From Chloroflexota bacterium (lineage in GTDB: Bacteria > Chloroflexota > Limnocylindria > Limnocylindrales > CSP1-4), in the NCBI GenBank assembly GCA_017881915.1, contig JADGQK010000005.1, positions 1 to 63,219 on the forward strand: DNA of 63,219 nt. The letters are read 5' to 3'. Both the position numbers and the translations under genes were made by a program. This document shows positions 44,030 to 52,672 of the stretch, in pieces; position 1 is the first letter of the stretch, and each line of letters starts with the position of its first letter. The notes beneath the pieces were generated by a model. That model was not told the origin of the DNA, did not search any database, and saw only the letters and a program-made list of their open reading frames with translations.

Positions 44030-45328
44030 ATGAGTGCTCCGCGGATCCTCGCGATCATCGGATCCGGGGAGACCGCGCCCACGATGGCCAAGGTCCATCG
44101 GGCGCTCTTCGAGCGCCTTGGGCCTGAGCCCGTCGCCGCCGCCATCCTCGACACCCCCTACGGCTTCCAGGAGAATGCCGACGAGCTGAGTGCCCGGACC
44201 GTCCGATTCTTCGCGGAAAGCGTCGGTCGCGAGGTGACGGTCGCCTCCTATCGGTCTCGTGACGTCGACGCCCTGACCGCCGCCACGGCCGTTGCCCGGA
44301 TCCGCGAGGCACGCTACCTGATGGCCGGGCCGGGTAGCCCGAGCTACGCCCTCGGCCAGTGGGCCGGCGGGCCGATTCCCGGCGCACTGGCCGACCGGCT
44401 TCGGGACGGCGCCATCGTCACGATGGCCAGCGCGGCAGCCCTGACCCTCGGAACGGTCACGATTCCCGTCTACGAGATCTACAAGGTGGGGGCGGATCCG
44501 AGCTGGCTTCCGGGACTCGATCTCCTCGGACCGGCGACCGGCCTGCAGGCCGCGGTCGTCCCCCACTATGACAACGCGGAGGGCGGCAACCACGACACCC
44601 GCTTCTGCTACATGGGTGAGCGCCGGCTGCGCGTCCTCGAGCAGCAGCTGCCGCCGGGCACGTTCATCCTGGGCGTTGATAGCCACACCGCGCTCATGCT
44701 CGATCTCGAGCGCCGGACCGCAACGGTTGCCGGACTCGGCGGCGTGACGGTCCGGGTCAATGGCCGGGGCACGGTCTTCCCGAGCGGGAGCGAGGTGGGT
44801 ATCGAGGTCCTGGCCGATGTCGCCCGCGACCTGGCCGCCGGCGAGACGGTCGACATCGGCTGGGAGCCCGGCGCCGGCGTTCCGCGACGCCCGGATCGCA
44901 CCGGAGGGCAGGCACCCCGAGCGACAGAGTCGCTGCGCGACGAGATGGCCGAGCTGGAGGGGGCGTTCATCGCTGCCCTCGGACACGGCGAGGGCCGAAC
45001 GGCCGTGGCGGCGCTCCTCGAGCTCGACTCGGCGATCGAGGGGCGGATCCGGGCCGGCGAGGACAGCCCCGACCTCGACAACGCACGGTCCACGTTCCAC
45101 GCGCTCATCGCCCGCCTCGGCGAAGCCGTCGGAACCGGCGCTGCCGATCCGCGGGGCATGATCGAGCCCTTCGTCAAGGCCTTGATCGCCCTGCGGGCTC
45201 GAGCCCGAGAGGCCAGCGACTGGGCAACGGCAGACTTCATCCGCGAGCAGCTCAGCGCTGCCGGCGTGGAGGTCCGCGATGACGCCGCGGGCTCCAGCTG
45301 GGTCCGGGCTGGATCAGCGCCGTCCTGA
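44030..45328 (+). CDS. Uncharacterised fusion protein: N-terminal S51 peptidase / class-I GATase-like domain with a C-terminal region resembling the CysRS/MshC C-terminal domain
   Basis: The N-terminus (ILAIIGSGETAP…YLMAGPGSPSY…VTMASAAAL…) has an S51/cyanophycinase-like layout. The C-terminus (…FIAALGHGEGRTAVAALLELD… and ALIALRARAREASDWATADFIREQLSAAGVEVRDDAAGSSW) matches the characteristic tail of actinobacterial cysteinyl-tRNA synthetases (…AR..KDWA.AD.IRD.L...GI.V.DT..G..W). Confidence 0.6.
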   Translation: MSAPRILAIIGSGETAPTMAKVHRALFERLGPEPVAAAILDTPYGFQENADELSARTVRFFAESVGREVTVASYRSRDVDALTAATAVARIREARYLMAGPGSPSYALGQWAGGPIPGALADRLRDGAIVTMASAAALTLGTVTIPVYEIYKVGADPSWLPGLDLLGPATGLQAAVVPHYDNAEGGNHDTRFCYMGERRLRVLEQQLPPGTFILGVDSHTALMLDLERRTATVAGLGGVTVRVNGRGTVFPSGSEVGIEVLADVARDLAAGETVDIGWEPGAGVPRRPDRTGGQAPRATESLRDEMAELEGAFIAALGHGEGRTAVAALLELDSAIEGRIRAGEDSPDLDNARSTFHALIARLGEAVGTGAADPRGMIEPFVKALIALRARAREASDWATADFIREQLSAAGVEVRDDAAGSSWVRAGSAPS

Positions 45329-45460
45329 CCCGCCGGCGGCGGTGTGACCGATGGCTCTGGCGGCGGACGGCCAGGCGTGCCGAGAATCACGACGCTACGC
45401 GGGCGCGGCGATCGCTGGACCGCGCGATCGCGTCCGGTCTCAGCCGAAGCAGGTGATCAC

Positions 45461-45952
45461 ATGAAGGCCGTCGTCGTCTACGAGTCGCATTGGGGCAACA
45501 CGGCCGCGATCGCGCGAGCGATCGCGGACGGCATCGGACCCGACACGCGGGTCCTCACCACCGACGAGGCGTCCGGCCCGGAGATCGCCGATGTCGACCT
45601 CCTCGTCGCGGGTGCACCCGTCCTCGCCTTCGGCCTGCCCTCCGAGCGCATGCAGGAAGCCGTCGCGGCAACCGCGGGCGAGGCACCTGCACCACCAGAT
45701 GTCTCGCACCCGTCACTGCGCTCATGGCTCGCGGCGCTGCCGCCTGGTCGTGGCCGCGCCGCGGCGTTCGAGACGCGCGTGCGCTGGTCGCCAGGCGGCG
45801 CGACCGGGGCCATCGAGCGCGGGCTGGAGCGCGCGGGCTACCGGGCCGCGGCCGAGTCGGGCAAGTTCATCGTGAAGGGCCGCTACGGTCCCCTCCGCGA
45901 CGGCGAGTTCGAGCGCGCTCGGCGCTGGGGAACGGAGCTCCGCCAGGGCTGA
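45461..45952 (+). CDS. Flavodoxin family protein
   Basis: MKAVVVYESHWGNTAAIARAIADG… is a flavodoxin-like FMN-binding N-terminus. The start is set at the internal Met. Confidence 0.75.
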   Translation: MKAVVVYESHWGNTAAIARAIADGIGPDTRVLTTDEASGPEIADVDLLVAGAPVLAFGLPSERMQEAVAATAGEAPAPPDVSHPSLRSWLAALPPGRGRAAAFETRVRWSPGGATGAIERGLERAGYRAAAESGKFIVKGRYGPLRDGEFERARRWGTELRQG

Positions 45953-46023
45953 GGGTGCTCAGCGCGAACCGTCCGGGGCGCGATCGAACCTGATCCTCCT
46001 GCCGTCGGGCTATCCTCGTCGAT

Positions 46024-46233
46024 ATGGCCGACCTGAAGCCCGAGCAGATCGTCGCGCTGCTCGTTCCGATCATCGTGATCCAGGTCGGGCTGATGATCGC
46101 CGCGCTGATCGATCTCGAGCGCGACGAACGACAGGTTCGCGGCGGTAACAAGCTGGTCTGGGCGCTGGTGATCGTCTTCGTCAACCTCCTCGGCCCGATC
46201 GTCTACTTCGTGGCCGGACGGGAGGAGGCGTGA
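46024..46233 (+). CDS. PLDc_N (cardiolipin synthase N-terminal-like) small membrane protein
   Basis: The 69-aa product has two TM helices and the family signature …ALIDL…R..NKLVWALVIVFVNLLGPIVYF..GR. Confidence 0.7.
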   Translation: MADLKPEQIVALLVPIIVIQVGLMIAALIDLERDERQVRGGNKLVWALVIVFVNLLGPIVYFVAGREEA

Positions 46234-47264
46234 CTGCGCCCGTGCCCGCCGCCGTGACGGCCGTCCCGACGACCGGGCCGGCGATCGAAGCCCACGGGCT
46301 CACCAAGCAGTTCGGGCGGATCCTTGCCCTCGACCGGCTTGATCTGATGGTGCCCCGCGGCTCGATCTTCGGCCTGCTCGGCCCGAACGGGGCGGGCAAG
46401 ACGACGACGATCCGGATCCTGACCGGACTCGCCCGACCCACCGCCGGCAGCGCCTCGGTCGCCGGGGTGAAGGTGAGCCTGGATCAGCCGGAGCTTCAGC
46501 GCCGCCTCGGCTACCTCGACCAGGATCCGCGCTTCTATGGCTGGATGACCGGGCGAGAGCTCCTCGAGCTCGTCGGCCGGCTGCACGGGCTCAGCGGGCG
46601 GGAGCTCCGAGCGCGGGTCACGGAGATGCTCGAGCGGACGGGCCTGAGCGCGGTGGCCGGGCGGCGGATCGGGGGCTACTCGGGCGGGATGCGCCAACGA
46701 CTGGGCCTCGCCCAGGCCCTCCTTCACCGGCCGCAGCTCCTCTTCCTCGACGAGCCGGTCAGCTCGCTCGACCCGGAGGGACGGCGCGACCTGCTCGAGC
46801 TGATTGCCGGCCTGCGGGGCGAGGCGACGGTCGTCTTCTCGAGCCACGTCCTCTCGGACGTCGAGCGGATCTGCGATCGGGTCGCGATCCTCGACCGGGG
46901 ACGCCTCGTCACGGAAGGCCCGCTCGAGGAGTTGCTGGCCGCCCATGCCCGGCCGATCTACCGGCTCATGCCCGCGCCCGGGCAGGACGCCCTGGTCGGT
47001 GACCTCGTCGCTCGGCTGCGGGCGGCCCCCTGGTCGACCGAGGTCTCGGTCAGCGTCGGCCTCGTCCGGGTGACGGTCTCGGATCCGGGCCTGGCCGCGG
47101 GTGCAGTCCTGCCCCTGGTCGTCGCCAGCGGCGTGGTCCTCGAGTCGTTCGAACGAGCCCGGCCCACGCTCGAGGACGTCTTCCTCGAGCTCGTCGGTCC
47201 CCCCGCTGCAGACCAGCTCGACGGCCGCGGCTTCGTCCGGCCGCGAGAGGTCGCGGACCGATGA
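46230..47264 (+). CDS. ABC transporter ATP-binding protein (ABC-2 exporter type)
   Basis: GLLGPNGAGKTT, YSGGMRQRLGLA and LLFLDEP are present. It has a GTG start overlapping the upstream stop by 4 bp. Confidence 0.9.
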   Translation: MTAPVPAAVTAVPTTGPAIEAHGLTKQFGRILALDRLDLMVPRGSIFGLLGPNGAGKTTTIRILTGLARPTAGSASVAGVKVSLDQPELQRRLGYLDQDPRFYGWMTGRELLELVGRLHGLSGRELRARVTEMLERTGLSAVAGRRIGGYSGGMRQRLGLAQALLHRPQLLFLDEPVSSLDPEGRRDLLELIAGLRGEATVVFSSHVLSDVERICDRVAILDRGRLVTEGPLEELLAAHARPIYRLMPAPGQDALVGDLVARLRAAPWSTEVSVSVGLVRVTVSDPGLAAGAVLPLVVASGVVLESFERARPTLEDVFLELVGPPAADQLDGRGFVRPREVADR

Positions 47265-48022
47265 GCGGCTTTGCGGCCCTCCTGCGCAAGGAGCTGCTCG
47301 AGCAGTGGCGGACGATGCGCCTGCCGCTCGTCGCGACCGTCTTCCTGCTGGTTGGCCTGTCATCGCCGCTCCTCGCCCGGTTCACCCCGGAGATCCTCAG
47401 GGCCGTCGGGGGCGACCAGTTCCAGATCGTCCTGCCGACGCCAACGGCCGCGGCTGCCTACGACCAGCTGGCGAAGAACCTGGGCCAGTTCGGGGCGCTC
47501 GTTGCGGTTCTCCTGGCGATGGGCTCGGTCGCCACGGAGAAGGAGCGCGGCACGGCGGCCCTCATCCTGACGAAGCCGGCGAGCCGGGGTGCCTTCCTCC
47601 TGGCGAAGATCGTCGCGATCGGGACGACCCTCGGCATCTCGACGGCGATTGCGGCCGCCGGGGCGTGGTTCTACACGTTGATCCTGTTCGAGCCGCTGCC
47701 GCTCGGCGGGTTCGTGGCCGCGCTGGTCCTGCAGTGGCTCGCCCTCGTCGCCTATGCCTCGATCACGTTCCTGGGCAGCACGCTGACGCGCTCGGCGCTC
47801 GCGGCGGCCGGGCTCGGAGTCGCGGCGTTCATCGTCCTGGGGATCCTGGGCATCGTTCCGGCAATCGGGCGCTACCTGCCGACCGGCCTCGGCGCACCGG
47901 CCCGTGCCCTGGCGCTCGGCCAGCCTGGCGTGGACGCCCTCGGCCCGACGGTCGCGTCGGTCGCTCTGATCGCCGGTCTATTGCTCATCGCCTGGCTCGC
48001 CTTCCGTCGCCAGGAGCTGTGA
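47261..48022 (+). CDS. ABC-2 type transporter permease
   Basis: The 253-aa product has about 6 TM segments and follows the ATPase with a 4-bp overlap. Confidence 0.75.
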   Translation: MSGFAALLRKELLEQWRTMRLPLVATVFLLVGLSSPLLARFTPEILRAVGGDQFQIVLPTPTAAAAYDQLAKNLGQFGALVAVLLAMGSVATEKERGTAALILTKPASRGAFLLAKIVAIGTTLGISTAIAAAGAWFYTLILFEPLPLGGFVAALVLQWLALVAYASITFLGSTLTRSALAAAGLGVAAFIVLGILGIVPAIGRYLPTGLGAPARALALGQPGVDALGPTVASVALIAGLLLIAWLAFRRQEL

Positions 48023-48942
48023 TGCGTCGACTGTTGTTGTGGATGGCCGGCAATGGCTGGCTTCGCCAGCGGATCCCGCGCCTGCCGATGGCCCGGCGGG
48101 CGATCCGTCGGTTCATGCCCGGCGAGGATCCGGAGGCGGCACTTAGCCAGGCCGAGGCGTTCCGGGATGAGCACATCGGCAGCCTCTTCACCCGCCTCGG
48201 CGAGAACGTCGTCCGGATCGAGGAAGCGGACGCGACCGCCGAGCATTACCTCGGCCTCCTCGACCAGATCGCAGCCCGGGGCATTCCGGGCGAGCTGTCG
48301 GTCAAGCTGACCCAGCTCGGCCTCGACATCGACGCCGACCGGGCCATGCGCCATGTCGAGCGCCTGGTCGAGCGGGCGGCGGACGGCGGCGGCGTCCTCT
48401 GGATCGACATGGAGGGCAGCGCGTACACCGAGCGCACGGTGGCCCTCTACGAGCAGCTCAGGGCCAGGCACACGAACGTGGGCATCTGCCTGCAGGCCTA
48501 CCTGCGCCGGAGCGCCGCCGACGTGGCCCGCCTCCTGCCGTTGGATCCGGCGATCCGCCTCGTGAAGGGCGCCTACGACGAGCCCGTCGCGCTGGCCTAC
48601 CGGACGCGCGGCGCGGTCAGCACGAACTACGCCGCGCTTTCGATCGAGCTGCTCGCCGCGATCGCCGCGGGCCGTCCGGTCCGCCTTGGCCTGGGCACCC
48701 ACGACGTGGCGCTCATCGAGCAGCTCGCCGCGCACGCGACCGCGCTCGGCCTCGGGCACCAGGCGTTCGAGGTCCAGATGCTCTACGGAATCCGCCTGGC
48801 GGAACAGCGCCGGCTCGCGGCCGAGGGCTACCGGGTGTCCGACCTGATCGCCTACGGAACGGCGTGGTACCCGTGGTACATGCGCCGGCTGGCCGAGCGC
48901 CCCGCGAACGTGCTCTTCGCGCTGCGCCAGATCGTGGGCTGA
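48022..48942 (+). CDS. Monofunctional proline dehydrogenase
   Basis: …FMPGED.EAAL..A…G…SVKLTQLGL…IDMEGS.YTE.T…Q.YL.R…RLVKGAY.EP…THD… is the PutA-PRODH barrel pattern. The ATG overlaps the permease stop (TGATG). The upstream part of ORF 47101..48942 is out of frame over the ABC genes. Confidence 0.85.
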   Translation: MRRLLLWMAGNGWLRQRIPRLPMARRAIRRFMPGEDPEAALSQAEAFRDEHIGSLFTRLGENVVRIEEADATAEHYLGLLDQIAARGIPGELSVKLTQLGLDIDADRAMRHVERLVERAADGGGVLWIDMEGSAYTERTVALYEQLRARHTNVGICLQAYLRRSAADVARLLPLDPAIRLVKGAYDEPVALAYRTRGAVSTNYAALSIELLAAIAAGRPVRLGLGTHDVALIEQLAAHATALGLGHQAFEVQMLYGIRLAEQRRLAAEGYRVSDLIAYGTAWYPWYMRRLAERPANVLFALRQIVG

Positions 48943-49037
48943 GCCGCTTCGGGCGGTGGGCCGTCGCATCCGCAACGTCTGGCCCTTGTGGACCACGCCT
49001 GGCGGTGCTAGACCAGACGGGCATTGGAGGTGCCGCC

Positions 49038-49241
49038 ATGTCCACCAAGGCTGGAGACCGGATCATCATCGAGTCGGAGAAGGTCGGCAAGCCGGCCCGC
49101 GAAGGCGAGATCCTGGAGCTGATCAAGTCCACGCTCGGCCTGCGCTATCGCGTGCGCTGGGCCGACGGGCACGAGAGCACGTTCCTGCCCGCCGCCGGCA
49201 GCGCCCGGATCGTCCCGGCCCGAAAAGGCAAGCCTGCGTAG
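49038..49241 (+). CDS. DUF1918 domain protein
   Basis: The 67-aa product reads KAGDRIIIESEKVGKPAREGEILE…YRVRWADGHESTF.P. A GGAGG SD lies 7 nt upstream. Confidence 0.65.
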   Translation: MSTKAGDRIIIESEKVGKPAREGEILELIKSTLGLRYRVRWADGHESTFLPAAGSARIVPARKGKPA

Positions 49242-49252
49242 GTCTCCCGGCC

Positions 49253-50023
49253 ATGACCACGAAGGACTACGAAGAGGCGCTGGCCCGGCTGTACGTCGAG
49301 CTGGTCAAGTGGCAGGAGTGGGTCCGCGCCGAGGGACTCAAGCTGGTCGTCGTCTTCGAAGGCCGCGACGCGGCCGGCAAGGGCGGCGCGATCAAACGGA
49401 TCACCGAGCCGCTCAATCCCCGCTTCGCGCGGGTCGTGGCCCTGCCCGCTCCCACCGAACGGGAGCGGACGCAGTGGTACTTCCAGCGCTACGTCGAGCA
49501 CCTCCCGGCCGCCGGCGAGATCGTCTTCTTCGACCGCTCCTGGTACAACCGCGCGGGCGTCGAGCGGGTGATGGGCTTCTGCACCGACGACGAGTACCAG
49601 GAGTTCCTGCGTTCGTGTCCGGAGTTCGAGCGGATGCTGGTCCGCAGCGGCATCCTCCTGATCAAGTACTGGTTCAGCGTGAGCGACGCCGAACAGGACC
49701 GCCGGTTCACCGCCCGGATCGACGATCCAACGAAGCGCTGGAAGCTGTCGCCGATCGACCTCGCCTCGCGGGCACGCTGGCTCGACTACTCAAAGGCCAA
49801 GGATGAGATGTTCGCCCACACGGACATCAAGCAGGCGCCCTGGTGGGTCGTCCGTTCCGACGACAAGAAGCGGGCCCGGCTCAACGTGATCAGCCATCTC
49901 CTCTCGCAGGTTGCCTACGGGGACCTGACGCCGGAGCCGGTCACGCTGCCACCGCGCCAGACGCAGAGCGGCTACGTCCGCCCGCCGCTGGCCGACCAGA
50001 CGTTCATCCCGGAGGTCTTCTGA
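49253..50023 (+). CDS. ppk2: Polyphosphate kinase 2 (PPK2) family protein
   Basis: YEEAL..L..ELVK.QEWV…L.VVFEGRDAAGKGG.IKRITE.LNPR….LP.PTERE..QWYFQRY…LP..GEIV.FDRSWYNRAGVE.VMGF is the canonical PPK2 pattern. Confidence 0.9.
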   Translation: MTTKDYEEALARLYVELVKWQEWVRAEGLKLVVVFEGRDAAGKGGAIKRITEPLNPRFARVVALPAPTERERTQWYFQRYVEHLPAAGEIVFFDRSWYNRAGVERVMGFCTDDEYQEFLRSCPEFERMLVRSGILLIKYWFSVSDAEQDRRFTARIDDPTKRWKLSPIDLASRARWLDYSKAKDEMFAHTDIKQAPWWVVRSDDKKRARLNVISHLLSQVAYGDLTPEPVTLPPRQTQSGYVRPPLADQTFIPEVF

Positions 50024-50069
50024 CGGGGCGTCGCGGGGAACGAAGGGGTTCCGCGGGGATTGGGGGTCG

Positions 50070-51242
50070 TCAGCGCCAGAGCCTGCCGTAGGGGTGCTCG
50101 CCCACCAGCAGGCGTCCCGCGGCGAACCGGTCCAGGGCATAGCCGGCGATGTCCACGGTCGTCGCGCGGCCGTCGAGGATGAGCTCCGCGAGGCAGGCCC
50201 CGACGGCCGGCGCGGTCTTGAAGCCCGTGCCCGAGAACCCGCAGGCGAGGAAGAACCCATCCGGACCGGCCGGGCCCAGGATCGCGCGCTGGTCCGGGGT
50301 GATCCCATCCTGGCCCCCGTGGGTCGTGCGCAACGTGCCATCGGCCATCCAGGGGACCCGGGCGCAGACCCGGGCCACCATCTCCTCGAGGGCCGCCGAG
50401 CCCAGGGCCGCGAGAGGCCGCTCCGGTGACCCACCGATCTCGTTGCCGCTCTCCAGGCCGACCAGCATCGTCTCGCGGCCTTCGGACCGGAAGTACACCT
50501 CGTTGATCTCATCGATCACGATCGGGAAGTCGGGTCCGCGGCCGGCGGGCAAGCCGAAATAGGCGGTCGGGTGACGCCACGCCTGGACCGGGACCTCCAG
50601 CCCGACGGTCCGGGCCAGCTCCTGCGCCCAGGCGCCGGCCACATCTACCACGACGGGAGCGGCGAACCGACCACGGTTCGTTTCGACTCCGACGACGGCC
50701 TCGCCCTCCACCAGGACCGAGTCCACCCGGCAGCCCTGGATCAGCACGGCACCGCTGCCGCGAGCCGCGGCCAGGAAGCCGGCCGCCGTCCCGGACGGAT
50801 CCGCGTACCCGGAGGCCGCCTCGTGGGCTCCGACCGTGATGTCTTCCGTCACGGCGCCCGGAACGAGGCGGGCGACCTCGGTCGCGTCCACGACCCGGGT
50901 CTCGATCCCGAGCCGCCGCTGCATCTCGACGTTGGCCCGCAGGTCAGCGGCCAGCGCTGCGGGAACGAGCTGGAGGAAGCCGGTTTGCACGAAGCCACAA
51001 TCACCGGCACCAACGAGGTCCGCCCAGTCCCGGAAGTACGGGAACGATGCCCAGGCGAGCTGCGACTCGCTTTCCAGGTCGTAGTGCATCCGAACGAAGC
51101 CAGAGGAACGGCCGGTGGCGCCGGCTGCGATCGTCTCGCGTTCCAGGACCAGGACGCGCGCACCGCGTCGGGCCAGGTGGAAGGCAAGGCTGGCGCCCTG
51201 CACGCCGGCACCCACGATGATGACGTCGGCCGTCCCGGTCAT
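50070..51242 (-). CDS. FAD-dependent oxidoreductase (DAO family; sarcosine / dimethylglycine oxidase-like)
   Basis: MTGTADVIIVGAGVQGASLAFHLARRGARVLVLE is the GxGxxG FAD motif. A GAAGGAGG SD is present. The ATG overlaps the stop of the upstream GcvT-family gene (ATGA). Confidence 0.85.
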   Translation of the reverse strand: MTGTADVIIVGAGVQGASLAFHLARRGARVLVLERETIAAGATGRSSGFVRMHYDLESESQLAWASFPYFRDWADLVGAGDCGFVQTGFLQLVPAALAADLRANVEMQRRLGIETRVVDATEVARLVPGAVTEDITVGAHEAASGYADPSGTAAGFLAAARGSGAVLIQGCRVDSVLVEGEAVVGVETNRGRFAAPVVVDVAGAWAQELARTVGLEVPVQAWRHPTAYFGLPAGRGPDFPIVIDEINEVYFRSEGRETMLVGLESGNEIGGSPERPLAALGSAALEEMVARVCARVPWMADGTLRTTHGGQDGITPDQRAILGPAGPDGFFLACGFSGTGFKTAPAVGACLAELILDGRATTVDIAGYALDRFAAGRLLVGEHPYGRLWR

Positions 51243-52408
51243 GTCCTGGGAACCTCCTTCTTCACATCGAGGAACGGGAGCGCCGCCGTCCGTGCCGTCC
51301 AGCGCGAGCCATCCCGGGCGACGATCTCGAGGGGGGTCCCGGCCGCCGAGAGCTCGATCGGTACCCAGACGTAGCCGATGTTCCTGCGCAGGCGCGGCGA
51401 CCAGATGAGATCGGTGATCTGGCCAACCTGCTCGCCACGGTGGAGCGCCGGACGCTTCTCGGAGATCTCGAACGAGAGCGCGTCGCCCTCGACCTCGATG
51501 CCGACGAGCTTGCGGCCCACACCCTTGACCCGGATCTCCTCCAGGGCGGCCTTGCCGATGTAGTCGGCTGCCTGGGGCTCGACCAGGCGCTCGAGGCCCA
51601 TGATCTCGAAGGGGTTGTTGGCGATCGTCATGTCCGAGCCGTAGTTGAAGATCCCGGCCTCGATCCGGCGCGCCTCGCACGGCGCGATCGGGCGGATGTC
51701 GTGCGGTTTGCCCGCTTCCATCACCCGGTCCCACAGGTCGCCACCGCGCGACGGATCACGCAGGTAGATCTCGTAGCCGACCTCTCCGGTCCAGCCCGTC
51801 CGGCTGATGACGACCGGGATGCCGTCAAGCTCGGTCGTCAGCGTCCAGTAGTACTTGATGTCAAGGACGGCATCGCCGAAGAGCGTCCGGAGCACGTCCC
51901 TGGACCTGGGGCCCTGCACCTGGATCGGGTAGATCTCGGGCTCGCGGACCGTGACGTCCAGGCCGGAGTGGACGGCGACGCCCCGCGCCCAGAGCCCCGC
52001 GTCGCTATCGGCGAGGGCAAGCCACCAGCGGTCCGCCTCGACCCGCAGGAGGACCGGGTCGTTGACGATCCCGCCGTCCTCGGCCGTGATCAGGACGTAC
52101 TTGCCCTGGCCGACGGCACATTTGGTCAGGTCGCGGCAGGTCAGCGTGTTGACGAACGCCGACGCGTCCGGGCCGGTGATCTCGACGATCCGTTCGACCG
52201 ACACGTCCCACACGGTCACCGCGTTGAGGAGATGCCAGTACTCCTCGATCGGGTCGGCGTAGTAGCCCGGCAGGTACATGTGGTTGTAGATGTCGTAGGC
52301 GCTGCAGCCGGCCGCGAGCGTCTTCTCGAAGAACGGCGAGCGCCGATACCATGGCCCGAAGTAGAGGGTGCTCGAGGTGGCGTGATCGGCGGGGGGAACC
52401 ACTGCCAT
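51239..52408 (-). CDS. Aminomethyltransferase (GcvT) family, folate-dependent demethylase-like protein
   Basis: …YFGPWYRRSPFFEKT…VTVWDVS…ITGPDA..F….D…GQGKY…VQGP.S… has the GcvT fold pattern. The start is the MAVVPP Met at 52408 with a GGAGG SD. The rest of the 667-aa track ORF is not homologous. Confidence 0.8.
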   Translation of the reverse strand: MAVVPPADHATSSTLYFGPWYRRSPFFEKTLAAGCSAYDIYNHMYLPGYYADPIEEYWHLLNAVTVWDVSVERIVEITGPDASAFVNTLTCRDLTKCAVGQGKYVLITAEDGGIVNDPVLLRVEADRWWLALADSDAGLWARGVAVHSGLDVTVREPEIYPIQVQGPRSRDVLRTLFGDAVLDIKYYWTLTTELDGIPVVISRTGWTGEVGYEIYLRDPSRGGDLWDRVMEAGKPHDIRPIAPCEARRIEAGIFNYGSDMTIANNPFEIMGLERLVEPQAADYIGKAALEEIRVKGVGRKLVGIEVEGDALSFEISEKRPALHRGEQVGQITDLIWSPRLRRNIGYVWVPIELSAAGTPLEIVARDGSRWTARTAALPFLDVKKEVPRT

Positions 52409-52672
52409 GGGGGCCTCCACGTGCGAGAACTGGACCGGGACCAGGCGCCATCGTACGAGCGACGACCCATCCTGCGCTGGACGCGTCCCACCCGGCGCGT
52501 CGGACGGAGCCGATGAGGTTGGTCCAGTCCGCCAATTGGTGACGGATGGCTCTTCGCTCGGCGCCCCACGGCGCTCACGATCGGACAGGGTCGACTCGCA
52601 CCGCGACAAGCGACCCCAACGAGGCCGCAGCGCCCCCGGGCCGACCGAACGCGCCCTGGAAGGAGACCCGAT

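Noticed and set aside
41281-44154. A 957-aa ORF on the minus strand, the longest ORF in the track.
   Set aside because: It is antisense to the malic enzyme and MttB genes, which carry strong family motifs. Its translation is Arg/Gly/Asp/Pro-rich low-complexity sequence with no recognisable domain. This is a typical high-GC shadow ORF.
47101-48021. The N-terminal 307 aa of the 613-aa track ORF 47101..48942.
   Set aside because: It is out of frame over the ABC ATPase and permease genes. Proline dehydrogenase homology starts at the ATG at 48022, which overlaps the permease stop.
52409-52672. A possible glycine or THF riboswitch upstream of the GcvT-family gene.
   Set aside because: I read the minus-strand leader and could not find the conserved glycine-riboswitch cores (the GGAGAG…CACCG…GGGGCAA-type elements) or any convincing tandem aptamer. 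A covariance-model scan would be needed to exclude this formally.
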